A DNA stretch of 64,000 bases. It comes from the human T2T-CHM13v2.0 reference genome, Homo sapiens. The notes below the pieces were generated by a model. The model was not told where the DNA came from and made no database searches. It saw only the letters and a list, made by a program, of their open reading frames with translations. The position numbers and the translations under genes are program-made. The stretch lies in NCBI RefSeq assembly GCF_009914755.1, contig NC_060941.1, one strand, 5' to 3'. This document shows positions 43,721 to 61,074 of the stretch, one piece after another; position 1 is the first letter of the stretch; the number at the start of each line of letters is the position of its first letter.

Positions 43721-45864
43721 AACACTCACACCTGAACACTTAATTAGTTGATTTAATTTGTCTCTGGGCAATGCTGAAAAAATCTGCATGATGATTGTCA
43801 AAACATTAATTTATTAACTATAACTTGCAGGCTTGACAGCTCTTCTGAGTGTCAGATTATTTATAATTTTAAATGTATTTCAAGTGTAGGAAGAAAATTT
43901 GTCCTTTTCTTAAGTAGGGAGCATCTATATGTCAAGCGACTTGGCTCACATTTATATGCTTAATTTCTTGCTGTCAGACAGAAGTACGATATAAGTCAGC
44001 TTTTGTAAAACTATTACTGAGAGTGCAATCAAATTTTCAATTGTTCTCAGAGGGGATAACAGACACAGATACTGCACAATGAAAAGATCACTTTAAATTG
44101 GGTTTTGTGATGAAATTAAACAAACAGAACCACCAGAAACGGAACTCTTACTACGATTCCATGATTCCAGAATGTGTCCAAAACCTCATTTCAGTTCTCA
44201 GTGTCCTAGAGAGCTCCTTTTAAATGCATACCTAGACTCTCGGCAGAGTCACAGATAGTGACTAATAATTTAAATCATCCTTGAAAAAAGAGAACACTAA
44301 GTCCTCTGTAAGACTGTCTTCTACATGATGCAACCTAACTTTGTGGCCAGTGGCCAAACCATCAGGGAAACGAATTGCCCTCCAACGTTTACCTCTCCTC
44401 GGCTTCCACACAGAAAGATGCTAAAATGCCCAAGGGCTGACTAAACAATGATGAAAAGGGCCCTTGCCGGGCCAGTCCCATTCTAGGCACAGTGAGGAAC
44501 ACACAATGACAAACTCTCTGCTTTCAAAGAATCTGTGGCTTAGTTGAGAGAGATGAGACACCTTCACAAATACCTCGAACACATGGTAGGACATGCCAGA
44601 AAGTGCTATGGGTGTTCACAGGCCAGGAAGGGAACTAAATTCCAGTGCAGAGATGCCAGGGAAAGCACAGGCCGAGTAGGATCATTGAGCCTGGCCTTGA
44701 AGAACAGCTTGACTGTTATGTGAGAATGAAAATAGAGGCTGGAGGAGGATTGAGGGGAAGAGAGAACAACAGTAGCAAAGCACAGAGCACTTGAAAACAG
44801 AGAGCACACAAAAGGTAACACATTAGTGTTTTGTTGAGATGGCCCATCTTTTGGTCAAAATTTGAGAGGGGGAGTACTTTTTCTAACACGATACCTCCAA
44901 GTCCTATTTTACATGATGACATGCGACACAGGCTGCTGTGGTAAACCTTCCATCCCCCATTTCCTTTTGTCTTCATGAGGGTAGTACTCACGGCGCTTAC
45001 ATTCCTTAGAGGTAATGTTTAACCACACTTTACTCTCCTTTTCTTGAGTAAGGCAGTAACCGATAAGCACAAGTCAAACAGAATTTGAGTAACGTTTCCC
45101 AGCCAAAGTGGTGACAGTAACCTAGCCATTGCAGCCCAAATACATATATATACATTTTGAAAAGTGGAGGAGAAAATCAAAAGTCTTTTCAGTAAATGGA
45201 ACTAGATCACATGGACTTCCATTAGGAAAAAACAAAATGAACCCCAACCTCTACCTCAAATCACAGGCAAACTTTTATGCAAGATGGATCATAGACCTAC
45301 ACATAAAACTAAAACCATAAAGCCTATAGAAGAAAACAAGAGAATCTCTTCCCACTTAGGAGTAGGTAAAGGTTTCTTAGGTCATAGAAAGCAAAAACCA
45401 CTCAAGAAAGAATTGATGTTAGACTTTATCAAAATTAAAAATGTCTGTTCATAATAAAACATTTTTGGAAATAAGCAGCTGAGCCCATTTTTTTTCCATG
45501 GGAAAAAAAAAATTTGTAAAACCTCTATCTAAGTAGACTGGTGGCTGCCCGGGTGGGAGAAAGAAGAATGGGGAGTGAGGAAAATGTTCCAGAATTAGTT
45601 GCACAACTATGTGAATATACTAAAAACGAAAGAATTGTACAGTTTAAAAAGGTGAAATTTAAGTATGTAAATTATCTCCTTAAAATTATTTTAGAAAAAC
45701 AACAAAACAAACAAAAACATGTATCTGGAAAAGAACTTGTACTCAGAATACATAAAGAAGTTCTATGACTCAAAAAGACAAGCAACCCCAAAAAAAAACT
45801 GACAAAAGATTTTGGACGCTTCACAAGGGAAGATATACAAATGCCTAATAATCACCTGAAAAGG

Positions 45865-46260
45865 GGCCAGGTGACGGGGCTCATGCCTGTAACTCTAGCA
45901 CTTCGGGAGGCCGGGAGCAGTGGTTCACGCCTGTAATCCCAGCACTTCGGGAGGCCGGGCGCAATGGCTCACACCTGGAATCCCAGCACTTCGGGAGGCC
46001 GGGAGCAGTGGTTCACGCCTGTAATCCCAGCACTTCGGGAGGCCGGGCGCAATGGCTCACACCTGGAATCCCAGCACTTCCGGAGGCAGGGCGCAATGGC
46101 TCACACCTGGAATCCCAGCACTTCAGGAGGCCAGGCGCAATGGCTCACACCTGGAATCCCAGCACTTCAGGAGGCAGGGCGCAATGGCTCACACCTGGAA
46201 TCCCAGCACTTCAGGAGGCCAGGCGCAATGGCTCACACCTGGAATCCCAGCACTGTGGGA
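45865..46260 (+). repeat. 9 x 44-bp minisatellite made of Alu nt 1-44
   Basis: Units start at 45865, 45909, 45953, 45997, 46041, 46085, 46129, 46173 and 46217. Confidence 0.97.
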
Positions 46261-46508
46261 GGCCGAGGTGGGTGTGTCACCTGAAGGCAACATGGCGAAA
46301 CCCTGGCCAACATGGCAAAACCCTGTCTCTACTACAATTAAAAAATTAGCTGGGCGTGGTGGCACACACCTGTAGTCCCAGCTACTTGGGAGGCTGAGGC
46401 AACAAGAATCGCTTGAACTCGGGAGGTAGAGGTTGTGGTGAGCCGAGACTGCACCACTGCACTCCAGCCTGGGGAACAGAGTGAAACTGTGACTCAAAAA
46501 ATAAAAAA
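45865..46508 (+). mobile_element. Rearranged AluS with amplified 5' head
   Basis: Alu body and tail from 46261; TSD aatcac(c/t)tgaaaagg encloses the whole structure. Confidence 0.93.
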
Positions 46509-47580
46509 AATCACTTGAAAAGGTTCTAAATATCATTATTCACCTTCACCAGGATGGTTACCACAAAAAAGACTGATGACACCAAATGTTGGCAAGGATG
46601 TAGGAAATAGGAGCAAGGCCGCTTTGATAAAGATTTGTCAATTTTTTATGAAGTTAAACACAAACTAATCTAATGATCTGGCAAGTTTGCTATTAGGTAT
46701 TTATCCAAGAGAAAAACTTAAGATATACACACAGATTATACACATGAATATATTCATAGCAGATTTATTCCTAATAGCCCAAAATTTAGGAGCTGAAAGA
46801 AACAAGGAATAGATCCTTCCCTGGAGCCTCCAGAATGAACTTGCCAACACCCTGATTTCAGTCCTTTACCACTCACTTCAGATTCTGACCCCCCCCCAGA
46901 ACTATAGGAGAATAAATTTGTGCTTTAAGCCACCAAATATGTGGCTTAAACTTGTTACAAACTTAAATTTGTTAATAACAGCAAGAGGAAATAAGCAACA
47001 CAGATTTAATGTATTTATGACATAAATATAGTATTTATAAAACACTATGGTGAATGAAAGAAGTCTAGGCAAAAGAGTACACACCGTATGACTGCATTTA
47101 TATGAAACTCTAGACAATCAAAGCTAACTCAGAAAGCACAGTGGTTGCCTACGTGGCGGGGCATGAGGGAACTTTCTGAGGTGATATGTTCTATGTCTTG
47201 ATAGGGGTTTGCATAACAGACATGTATCCAGTTGTCAAAAACCACCAAATAGCACAGTTAGGATCTGTGCATTTTATTATCTGTAAATTTTATCTTGAAA
47301 AAAAGAGCCATAAGTAAATATTAAACTCTAGTTGATAATAAGCATGCTGAATATTTAGGGGTAAAGTGTGCTGATATGTGCAACTTTGAAATGCGAACAT
47401 AAGATGAACTGATGGATGGATAGAGGGATAAATAGGTGACAAAGCAAAGAGAGTGAAATGTTAATTGTAGAATCTAGAAGGTGAGTATAGCAGTGTTTAC
47501 TATACAATTTTTTCAATTTTCTGTATGTTTGAAATTCTTCAGAATAAAATGTTAGGGGAAAAACATGGGGAAACACTCAC

Positions 47581-47662
47581 CATTGTTTTCTTCCTGCATC
47601 CAAAGTCGAGGATCAGCATATGCGATTTTATTATATCTTTGACGAACAGACTCCTGGTATTT
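47581..47662 (-). CDS. KIAA0753: KIAA0753 exon (probably 16), 82 nt: [27 protein letters not shown]
   Basis: Acceptor tttttttaaag|AA, donor ATG|GTGAGT; phase 0-1. Confidence 0.95.
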
Positions 47663-47859
47663 CTTTAAAAAAAAAGAAAAAAGTTTAATTTATGAGAAAA
47701 AATGAGTTTAATTACAAACCAGAACTGGTAAAGATGTAAAAGTTCAGCAGACACAACTGATACGGACGTACTGCCAGACATGGGCATCTGTCAGGCCAGG
47801 AAGTAATTAGTTCATGAGACGAAGTCTAAAATAAAATGAAGCAATTAGCATAAAGGCAA

Positions 47860-48035
47860 TCTAGCCCAGCACTGGCCACTAGAAGCTGCTGCAGTGAGGA
47901 AATGTTCTATATGTGCCCTGTCCAATACAGTAGCCACTAACTACTGACTCCTTAGAGTGTATTTAATTTTCATTAATTTACAGTTTAATAAGCACCTGCG
48001 GCTAGTGGCTACTGTTTTGAGCACCCCGGGCCTAG
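47860..48035. mobile_element. MER3-like hAT DNA transposon fossil
   Basis: ctgtccaatacagtagccacta ... ggctagtggctactg internal inverted motifs. Confidence 0.6.
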
Positions 48036-48733
48036 ACAACTATCACCAAGGGGAGATTTCAAGACTGGGGTAAACTGCGGATCTTTAAACTTTCAAATCC
48101 AAAAAAAAAAATTGTTTTCCTTCTAATGTTTCTATCTAGCAGCAAAGCAGAAATTAGATTTAATCATGGTGCGATGGAAAAGAAAACGCTGAATTGAGAG
48201 TCAGGAGACCTGGATTCTCGTTCTGGCTCTGCCAGGATTTTTTTGTGACCTTGGCCATGTCACTTACTTCCTTATTGTACCTCATTTTCCTGCACTGAAT
48301 AATCCAGGGGTTAGGCTGGGTGAAGCAGTATCACAGAAATTGAAGAAGATAAAATTATCTGTGATTTGATAGGATCACACTCCAGCTGGGAAGAGGAGGC
48401 AACTGAACAGTACGTACAAGCTGACAGATGCAAAAGCCTACGATTCCACTTGTGGGCCCAGGCCCTGGTCTCAGGGTCTTCGGAATTACACATCAGTGAT
48501 ATCGGGGGATAATAATAATGGTCACTTACTGGATTACATGGCAAGCAGTGCGCTGAATACTCTATGCCTCTTTTTATCCTTAAAACTCCCTACTTATCAG
48601 AGGGGTTGACGATACCAAGGTCATACAGTTAGTTGGCAATAGAGCAGGGATTTAAAACTGGGACTGTGTGACTCTAACAGATGAGGCTGCAGAGGCATGA
48701 GGAGAAATTGCACTCGGCAGAGGCCAGCCCCTA

Positions 48734-48952
<219 letters not shown>

Positions 48953-51833
48953 CTACAAGATGGGGTGGGGTGGGGAGGAGAGGCATGGGGTGGATTAGGG
49001 GTGGGAAGGTGATATAATGAAAACAGAAAAACATAAAAATTATTGTTAATCATAATAAACCAACAGCATACAGATCCAAATGGCAGAGTTTCTATGGTAA
49101 AACAAGATTCTCCTAAGTCAGTAAGTATCAAAAGCAATAACATCAGAATGATTTTTATCACAGTCATTTAAATGATAGCATTAACCAAGTAATACCATTA
49201 TTGTCCATGCAAATTATCATTATCATCTGTTTTTCCAGTTGGTAGAACAAATATCTTCCTTTTGCTACATTCAGGAGAATGTCCAATATTTTACACGTCA
49301 CACATTCCAGAGGATGTAACTATTCTCTTTTGGTGCAGTGCTTCTGTGAGAACGTCTGCTCATATGACATCACAAAGTTCAGGATTCTTTGTCTTTGAAA
49401 CTCTGTACCTATCATCTGGGAGAGCTCTACCAGCCTTTCTTGACCTGGTATGTTGTACATTCAAAAAGCACTTTCCAGTTTCCAAAGCAATTTTACATGC
49501 TCTGTATTTCTCTTGATTTGAATGCATGTTTATAATCTGCCCTGAAAGAGGCTTTTGCAAAGAATGTTTGCTGGGGGAATTAATTATATCAGGCAATAGG
49601 ATGAAATATTTCTAGAATTAAATTCTGGTTCTGCCCATTCATAAGCCTGCAAATTTGGGCAAGTTTACTTGACCTCTCCGGGCCTCAATCCTCTCATGTG
49701 TAATATGGAAATAATCTTGTATTTCAGAGCTGTAGGGATTTCATAAGAGCTTGCACGCTGAGACACTTAGCATAGTGCTCGGCATGAAATAAGACACTCA
49801 ATGAATGGTTACAGCTACGGCAATTTAAGAAACCTTTAATGATTCACAGAAGAAAATATGTTAATGGCCAAAAAAGATATGAAAAAATGTCCAACTTTCA
49901 TCAAAAGTTAAAGAAATAAAAATCAAACTGAATAACCAATATAATAAAATTACAAAAAAATCAAGAGACAACCAATAATGCTTGCATGTGTATATTTTCC
50001 ATCTATAAAGAATGGAACACCAAAAATACTATGTCCCATTAAAAAGGATAAGGAAGGTCTCAATGCAATGATACAGAAAGAGCACAAAAATATATTATAA
50101 ATAAAGAAGCAGAGTATAGAACAGCATATGGCACCTGCTTGTGGGGAACTTTTCATATACTTCTTCTGAATTATTTAAAATTTTGGCCATGTGTATGTAT
50201 AACTTTTAATTCTAAAAGAACTCATACATTTTGGAAAAATATATACTTCATGTGCCAGTTCAGTTAATGACAACAGTAGCAGCAATAGACAGATACGTTA
50301 TAATGGTACCTTTACAAGAGCTTTTTCCTGATATGAGAGATAATCTTGCCTATAAGTAAATCTACAGAGAGCTGTATTTTACTTGCAAATGTCTCCTCCA
50401 TTTTAAAGATGAGAACACTGAGAATTTGTGTTCAAGGTCTCCCAGGTCTTTTATAAGTTAACATAGTAAAAACAGTTTTCTTCTTCACCATGCCAACTTT
50501 GATGAGTTTGTTTGCTTTTGTTTGTTTTCATTCAGTTCTTTGTAAACACTGACTCTTGACGGTGCTGCCTGGAATACTCTGCAGTGAAGCTGCTATTTAA
50601 CAACAGCCCAGAATTCTAAATACTACACAGAGTTACTTTTCTGTTTCAATAAATTGTATTAAACATCATGTAATGCCTACAAAATAATTCTAATATACAA
50701 GGCTGATCATTCCTAGTATACTCAAACATGTCTATTTCACTGCCAGCATTCATAATCACTTCATTTTCCTTTCATATTAAAGTGCAGTATGGAGTGGCCT
50801 CTCTGGGTTAAATGTTAGCCTTACTATTCCTCTAGAAAAAAAAATATATCATTTAGTGGCCAAGCTGCATAAAACACCAAGCCATAACAGCTGAATTTGT
50901 AATGGCCAAATGTAGGCTTTTAGCTTTCAGTCTTAGAAGCCTCACCTCACATCAGATTATGTCATAAAACCTTGGTACGATAAAGTTATAATCACAGAGA
51001 TTATGAAAATATGTTACAGCTGAAATATTGCTTAATAATCAGAATAGGGACACATTCTTGAAACCTACCTTCTTCCTGCCCCTAAGGTCACTGGGCCAAT
51101 GGAGCTTCATTCCAATTTCCTTCTGCTCTGAAACCTAAGAAGGAAGTTGGAATGAAGCTTCTTTTCCTTGCTCTGGGCAATTAAAGCTATAAATATCTTT
51201 CCAAACTCCACAAAGATTAAATGGATGCAACTTGCACCTTCTGCTCTGCAGCTCTAAGCCTAGGCAAGGCAGAAACATTTCTACAAATATTAAAAACAGG
51301 TCCTCCAGAGGAAGAGTACAGAGTGGACAACAAGAAAATGTGCTTTTATTTTTCTCAAATGTTCTCATTTTTTTCCTGGGTCACCTTTTTCTCTCTGCTA
51401 GACCAGATACTGGTCACATATTAGGCACTCAAAACATGCTTGCTTAACAATAAATATTAGGCCCCAAGTATAAAGAAAATTAGGACAATAATGAGTGAAA
51501 CTAGGCTGAATGAAAGGAAATGAGGGCAGGCAGCCATTCTTCTGCCGCAGGCCACCAACATTCAGGGCCACACAGGGCACCCACACTCTGTTATCCAGAG
51601 GAAGGATAGAGCCACTAACAAAAACCTGTGGCTGTAAGATTTTTGTGCTCTGTTTGCAGGGCTGACCTAAGTCATAATACTAAATATACACTGGAAGAAT
51701 TAACATGCCAAATGTGAAAAATAATATTCATACTTCTTGAGTAGGATAATCTAGTGTTTGCAAAGTAATCTGTATTTCATTTTCATTACAACTAAAGATG
51801 TTATCAAGCAATAATACCAGAATGCCAATATCA

Positions 51834-51929
<96 letters not shown>

Positions 51930-52901
51930 CTATTAAAACAGACAAATACATTCATGGAGTATAAAGACTTATAGCTCCTATTAGTACAAATGAATTCTAT
52001 TACCAGAATGACTTGTGTGGAACTATTCATCAGCTTTAGCTACATTAGGCTTTTTGCAGCAATTCAAAGCACTTTGTCTTCATGGAAACAAATGCCATGT
52101 GTTGATCTTGGCTTTCCAGCCTTTTTCTTCCCTCAACTCTGTAAACATTGTCAGAATAGCTGCATGCTTTATGCAAGTCATTCAACTTCTCTGTTCCACA
52201 GCTTCCTCAATGATAAAATGAGGAAGTTGAACTACTTGATTTCTTTTTTTTTTTTCCAGCCACTCCACAGCTCAAGACTACTTGACTTCTAAGAGTCTTC
52301 CTAGTTCTATGCTACTGAGATTTCCATGGACTCTAATACAAATTTAACATTTCTCTAACTAAAAATAGAGAAGTTCAGTGGCCTGTTTAGGGACCCCGAA
52401 TGTCATTCATTCCATTTAAATTTATAATATTCTTCTGTGGCCTCATCTAGTCATACACACAAGATTGCTTCTATTTACAGGGTGGAGCTACAGGGTCTGG
52501 CTATAGAATTGAGCTTACTGCTTATGGGAGGATGGCACAACCTCTTGGTGGTACCATCTATAATTTCATCCTCAAGAAAGTACTGGATTGTGCACAGAAG
52601 CTGTCCTAACATCTCTCTCCTTTGGAAAAATAGAGCTCATCATTCCAAACCACTGAGGTGAAAAAACACAGCATTCGAGTGAAAGCTGCTAATGGAACAC
52701 TAACTTCACCAACAGATCTATTTCACTCGGAACAGGGATTACAATCCCAACTTGTTTCCCAAACTAAAATCTCAACTTTCTCAAAAGGAGGACTTTCCCC
52801 TTGTCCTTTTATCTCTATCCCTTTTCCACAATGGAGGGCATATCAGTAGTGTGTGGTGGTCTGGGGGTATCTTCCAGATGCCACAGAGACACTTAGCCCT
52901 A

Positions 52902-53090
<189 letters not shown>

Positions 53091-53169
53091 TTAAAATCAA
53101 AGGCAATAAAATATCCTATTTTGCATATTTATTTGCCACTCCAGGAGAAGGGAAATAAAATGACCACGA

Positions 53170-53330
53170 GCTTCTCTAACCGTTCATGGCCATATCAATC
53201 TCCTGGGGATCTTGTGAAAATGTAGATTCCAATTCAGTTGGTCTGAGTAAGGCCTGAGAGTCTGCATTTCCAACAAGCTCCTAGGTGATGTGACAGTGCT
53301 GTTCCTAGGCCTTACTTTATGCACAGGGAT
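53170..53330. mobile_element. MER5A-like DNA transposon fossil
   Basis: ggtctgagtaaggcctgagagtctgcatttccaacaagctcctaggtgatg motif. Confidence 0.65.
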
Positions 53331-53570
53331 TTAGGTAACATCTGAAGTGTGTAACGCACTGAGTACACTTCAAAAAAAATAACGGTTGTCATTAACAGCT
53401 AAAGAGGGTAATCAACTAAACAAAAGAAACTAATTTTGTTCCCTCTCCAAATCCCACTAAAACAACCATAGAGTTAGCTTTACACCCACAAGGATAAGGA
53501 AGAAAAAAATGGTGCTGGAAAACAAAGGACAAAAGTGATAACTAACTTAGCTGATCTGAGAAAGCTGACT

Positions 53571-53660
53571 TCTCCCATCCAAGTACTAACCAGGCCCAAC
53601 CCTGCTTAGCTTCGGAGATCAGACGAGATCGGGCACATTCAGGGTGGTATGGCCGTAGAC
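53571..53660 (-). pseudogene. 5S rRNA pseudogene, nt 1-90, 3'-truncated and tailless
   Basis: Reverse complement GTCTACGGCCATACCACCCTGAATGTGCCCGATCTCGTCTGATCTCCGAAGCTAAGCAGGGTTGGGCCTGGTTAGTACTTGGATGGGAGA differs from human 5S rRNA at about 4 positions; flanked by a 15-bp direct repeat. Confidence 0.96.
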
Positions 53661-54169
53661 AGGAAGTTGACTTCTAGGGCCAGCAGTGGGAAAAACTAGA
53701 ACCCACACAATTTGTACTGCTGACTTAGGCACATGACTGGTAGTACCAGGTACATCTAGGCCTGGGCTAAGCTGGGAGGGGGTGGTTTAAAAACTGACGA
53801 CAACAGCCAAATGATGTTTGAGAAATTAAGACTCCTAGATCCCTTTCCCTACTTCACACAACTATACAGCCGCCTCTTTCCAACTCTAGGAGAAGTCTGA
53901 TGGCTCATTCTCTGTGTGAGGGTCTCTTGACTAGGGGCACCCAATCACAGTTGAGGCTGTAGGTACCATACTGAAAAGAGGCAGCGGTCACGTATGCAGG
54001 CTAAATGCTATGTTATTAGACTCACAGCCCTCTTCCCCAACTCAGCTCCTAGGAAGCAACATCCTGATCTTACTCTCTGGGCCAAAGATCAGAAAACTTC
54101 TCTGGGCAGTCTGACCCAGGCCAAAGGAAAGACCTAAAGACCAACATAAGTGTCCTTAACAAACAGTCC

Positions 54170-57470
<3,301 letters not shown>

Positions 57471-57599
57471 CTATACCCAGTAAGGCTACCAGCAAATATG
57501 AGATGGTTTATCAGCTAATAAAGACATTTTCAGACTTGAAAGGTCTGAAAGGATTTACTTCCCATTCATCCTTTCTCAAGAAGCTAAATTAACCTATGC

Positions 57600-57718
57600 C
57601 TAACCCCAGCCCTCCGGGAGGCCAAGGCAGAAGGATCACTTGAGCCCAGGAGTCCAAGACCAGCCTGGGCAACATAGTGAGACCTTGTCTCTAACTTGAA
57701 AAAAAAAAAAAAAAAAAA
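57600..57718 (+). mobile_element. Alu left monomer (FLAM-like), truncated
   Basis: ggatcacttgagcccaggag...gcctgggcaacatagtgagacc followed by poly(A). Confidence 0.8.
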
Positions 57719-59466
57719 GCAGCAGCTACATTAGCATGTGCTCCATCAAAACAAGCAAGTAAACTGAAGAAGATTACAACACAATATGGGAAATGGGAGG
57801 TCTAAGCCTAGATTCCTGGCTTGTCTTGCCCCTTTGCTGATGAAGTTTCTCCTACTCACTGCAGACCTGCTGTCTGCTAAGGATAGTCATCCCATCCCCA
57901 CAGTAGCTGACCAGAAAGAGCTGAGAAGCCGTGCATTACAGCGCAGCCCCTCTCCTGACAAGGCTTCCTCCCGAAGTCCAGTGGACCTGGCTCACCGACA
58001 GGCCCTCCAGATGGAGGACGCCCTGTGTGTGCAGGACTCACTCCCGACCCTGCTCAGTGACCTCCTGAGAGGGGCACCTACAACTCTCATGAAAGCACAA
58101 ATCAGATTAGGATCCAGGGTCTGTTCAACCTGTCTTCCCCTAGGAGTCTTCATCTGATACTACCAGAAACACTGCCCTTTCCATGTTCAGCTAGATTTGT
58201 GCCTGTTTCTCAGTTTTCAAAATTAAACAAGATATTGTTAGGGATACACACATAGTTGACAGATTTATGAAGAAGAGTAATGAAAAGATCAACACAAGAA
58301 TCAGGACAGTGGCTGCCTCTCGGGGGAAAGGGGATGCAACTGAGGAGGGATACACTGGAAACTTCTGCAGCAGTGGCAACGGTCGATTCCTTGACTTACG
58401 ATGGTGGTGCGTGGATGTTCATTCTGTAATATTTTGGATTGCACATGTGCATTCAGTATGTTCTTCTATATGTGTGATATGTTTAATTTCTGAAGTAAAA
58501 ACACACAGAGGAATAAACGGGACACAGAGGATGAAGCTTTTGCTATATGGCCCAAAGGACAAGTGGGTAAGAGTCACAGAGAACCAAACTTCAACACAGC
58601 CTGAGGTCACACCTTCTTAGCTATAAATGACCATGAAATGTATTCCCTCTGACAGTAGTGACTATCCCATCACAGAGGGTGTGTGTAAATATACTGGACA
58701 GTTCCTTGGTGGAGATAGTAGAGAGGAGCCAAAAGCCTCAGTTGGGGGGAAAAGATCCTTCAAATCCCAAGATTCTGGGATTGTATGACTTGAAATCTTT
58801 ACTACAGACAAAAAGTCTTGGCCTTCTAATGATAAACCCACAGCCCTTCTAACCTGAGACTGAACACTCCATCATGAATGGTGACAGAATGCACAGATGT
58901 TTCAATGAGTGTTCTGTTAATGTGACTATAGGATGAATTATTATCAGAGTTGGAAAAATGAGGTAATTGCAGCAGCAGCTGAACTAAATCTTTTAACAAG
59001 CTTCTTTATGTCTATAGTGCCTATAGTTTAAAAAACACTTATGGAGTGAATAGAAAAAGGGAACCGCATTTGAAAACCATAGCCTGCACTCAAGCTAACA
59101 TACGAAACTAAAGTAGCTATATGTTGATTCACATGAGCAGAACATGTATGTGCATCATACTCATCTTCTGCCCTTAGAAGGACTGACATCTGGCTAGAGA
59201 AAAGTACCTTTGAGGGTAGTCCAAACAAATACACATAAGACTCTGATCTTTCAGACAGAACTTCTCTACAATTACAGATTTTTTTCAGTTCTCCTTCAAA
59301 CTCCACACAAAAGAAGCATTTCCTAGCAAAAAAATATGGTATAATATACAGGTAGACATGCAGCTATTCATTCATTCATGTAATGAAGTTAGGCCTTAAC
59401 AGTCCAGGTTGGTTGCTAGAACTATCTAGATCAATTAGAACAGGCAAACATCCACTATTCTTCCTA

Positions 59467-59592
<126 letters not shown>

Positions 59593-59789
59593 TCACCCCA
59601 ACTCTCCTCAAGGCAGAGTCAGGGCTCCCTTGAGCTCCAGTCTTGGCTCCCCCCTTGGCTTCTTAAGTGACTTCAGTCTTTTAAGGAGGCAGAAGTGTAG
59701 CTAGACCTAAATAATCTCTATTTATCATTAATGTATAGAGATGTAGAATAGGCCTGCTTACCTTTTCCTAACTCAGAAGCAAATATTTA

Positions 59790-59891
<102 letters not shown>

Positions 59892-60957
59892 TCAAAAGAG
59901 TCAAACCAATTCTGCCTCGACACTGCAGGGTGTCATCATCACAGAAACAGACCAGAAATCAGGACCACTGCAGAGCAGAGCACCAATCCAGGCTCTATTA
60001 AGCTACTCAGTAGGTAACATAATCTCTCCGTACCCCTAAAGCTCTCTAGAACGTGTTCCATGTCAAAAAACATTAATGCACAACGCAATGAGAACCTGTC
60101 TCAAACGTTCTCAAGAAAACCAGCTATCACTCAGACTTGGGGTTTCTTATTAGACTCAAACAAAACCATTGCTATATCTTCAAGTTGAGACAAACAATGA
60201 GCCCCCAGGAGCCATATAGGCATGGTGAAGTCAAATAAAAACAAAAGGGAAAAGTTAACTGTGAACAACTCTGCTGTATGTAAAAGTGCTTTGATTCTTT
60301 TGGTTTAGGATATATGAATATTGTCAAATTATTTAATGGACCGCTTTCATTTTTGTTTTCCCATAACTGTAAGAATAATTTCAGCCAAATGAATACAGAG
60401 AAACCTGTTCTCACTGTTCTCTTCTTATGGAATGTTCTCACCTCATCTCCCATATTGAAATCCTGCCTGTTCTTCAGGTCCTAGTTTAATTTCCATCCAT
60501 GAAGCCTAGACCTCTGCAGCCAGAAGTAACCCTCCCCCGTTTCTAAACTCTCTCAGTTCCTAGGTTACATACCGTGTTCTATCTTAAATTATAGTTAATT
60601 ACATAACTTCTCTATTGACTATAAATAAGCAAGGGCTGGGATTATGGCCTATTTGCCCTTTTTAAAGTCTCCATAGAGCTCATAACACTGTCACATACAA
60701 AACTAGCAAGTGATATATAATTGACACATATATAATTTATGAATGAATAAGAAAAAATAGAAGAGCTCACTATAAGCTATATAGTTTGACTGAAACGTTT
60801 AATAAACTACATTTTATGTATTTATTCTATTTTTAAAAATAATCTACATTTTAAATAACCAACTTTAAATGTAGGAAAGAGAAGAAAGGGTTCACTTCCA
60901 AGTCTATGTAAAAGGAGCTCTTTAATTCTCAAAGATCTGAAAAATACCAGCACAAAC

Positions 60958-61074
60958 CTGGCTGCTTCATGCTCAACAGCACCTGTCAGGTGACTTTCCT
61001 CTTGAGGATCTTCTTGCTGGAGAGGCTCTTTTGTGGCATCTCTGGGGCTAGTTTTCACCTTTAGCCATGCGGCA
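60958..61074 (-). CDS. KIAA0753: KIAA0753 exon (probably 10), 117 nt: (C)[38 protein letters not shown]
   Basis: Acceptor tttatttcag|T, donor CAG|GTTTGT; phase 2-2. Confidence 0.93.

Larger units (their letters stand above)
45150..47560 (+). mobile_element. Ancient L1 (L1ME-like) ORF2 end and 3' UTR, interrupted by an Alu and an MLT1 fragment (~46785-47000)
   Basis: A-rich decayed ORF2-like sequence and a 3'-end motif (ttttctgtatgtttgaaatt...aataaaatgtt). Confidence 0.65.

Noticed and set aside
44905-45000. ATGATGA resembling a snoRNA C box
   Set aside because: Antisense to the host gene, with no convincing D box or terminal stem.
45865-46260. Regularly spaced repeats resembling a CRISPR array, with 106-113 aa repetitive ORFs
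   Set aside because: Units are contiguous Alu head sequence with no unique spacers, in eukaryotic DNA with no cas genes.
53571-53660. Functional 5S rRNA gene
   Set aside because: Lacks the 3' ~30 nt and the terminator, is a single copy, and has a TSD.
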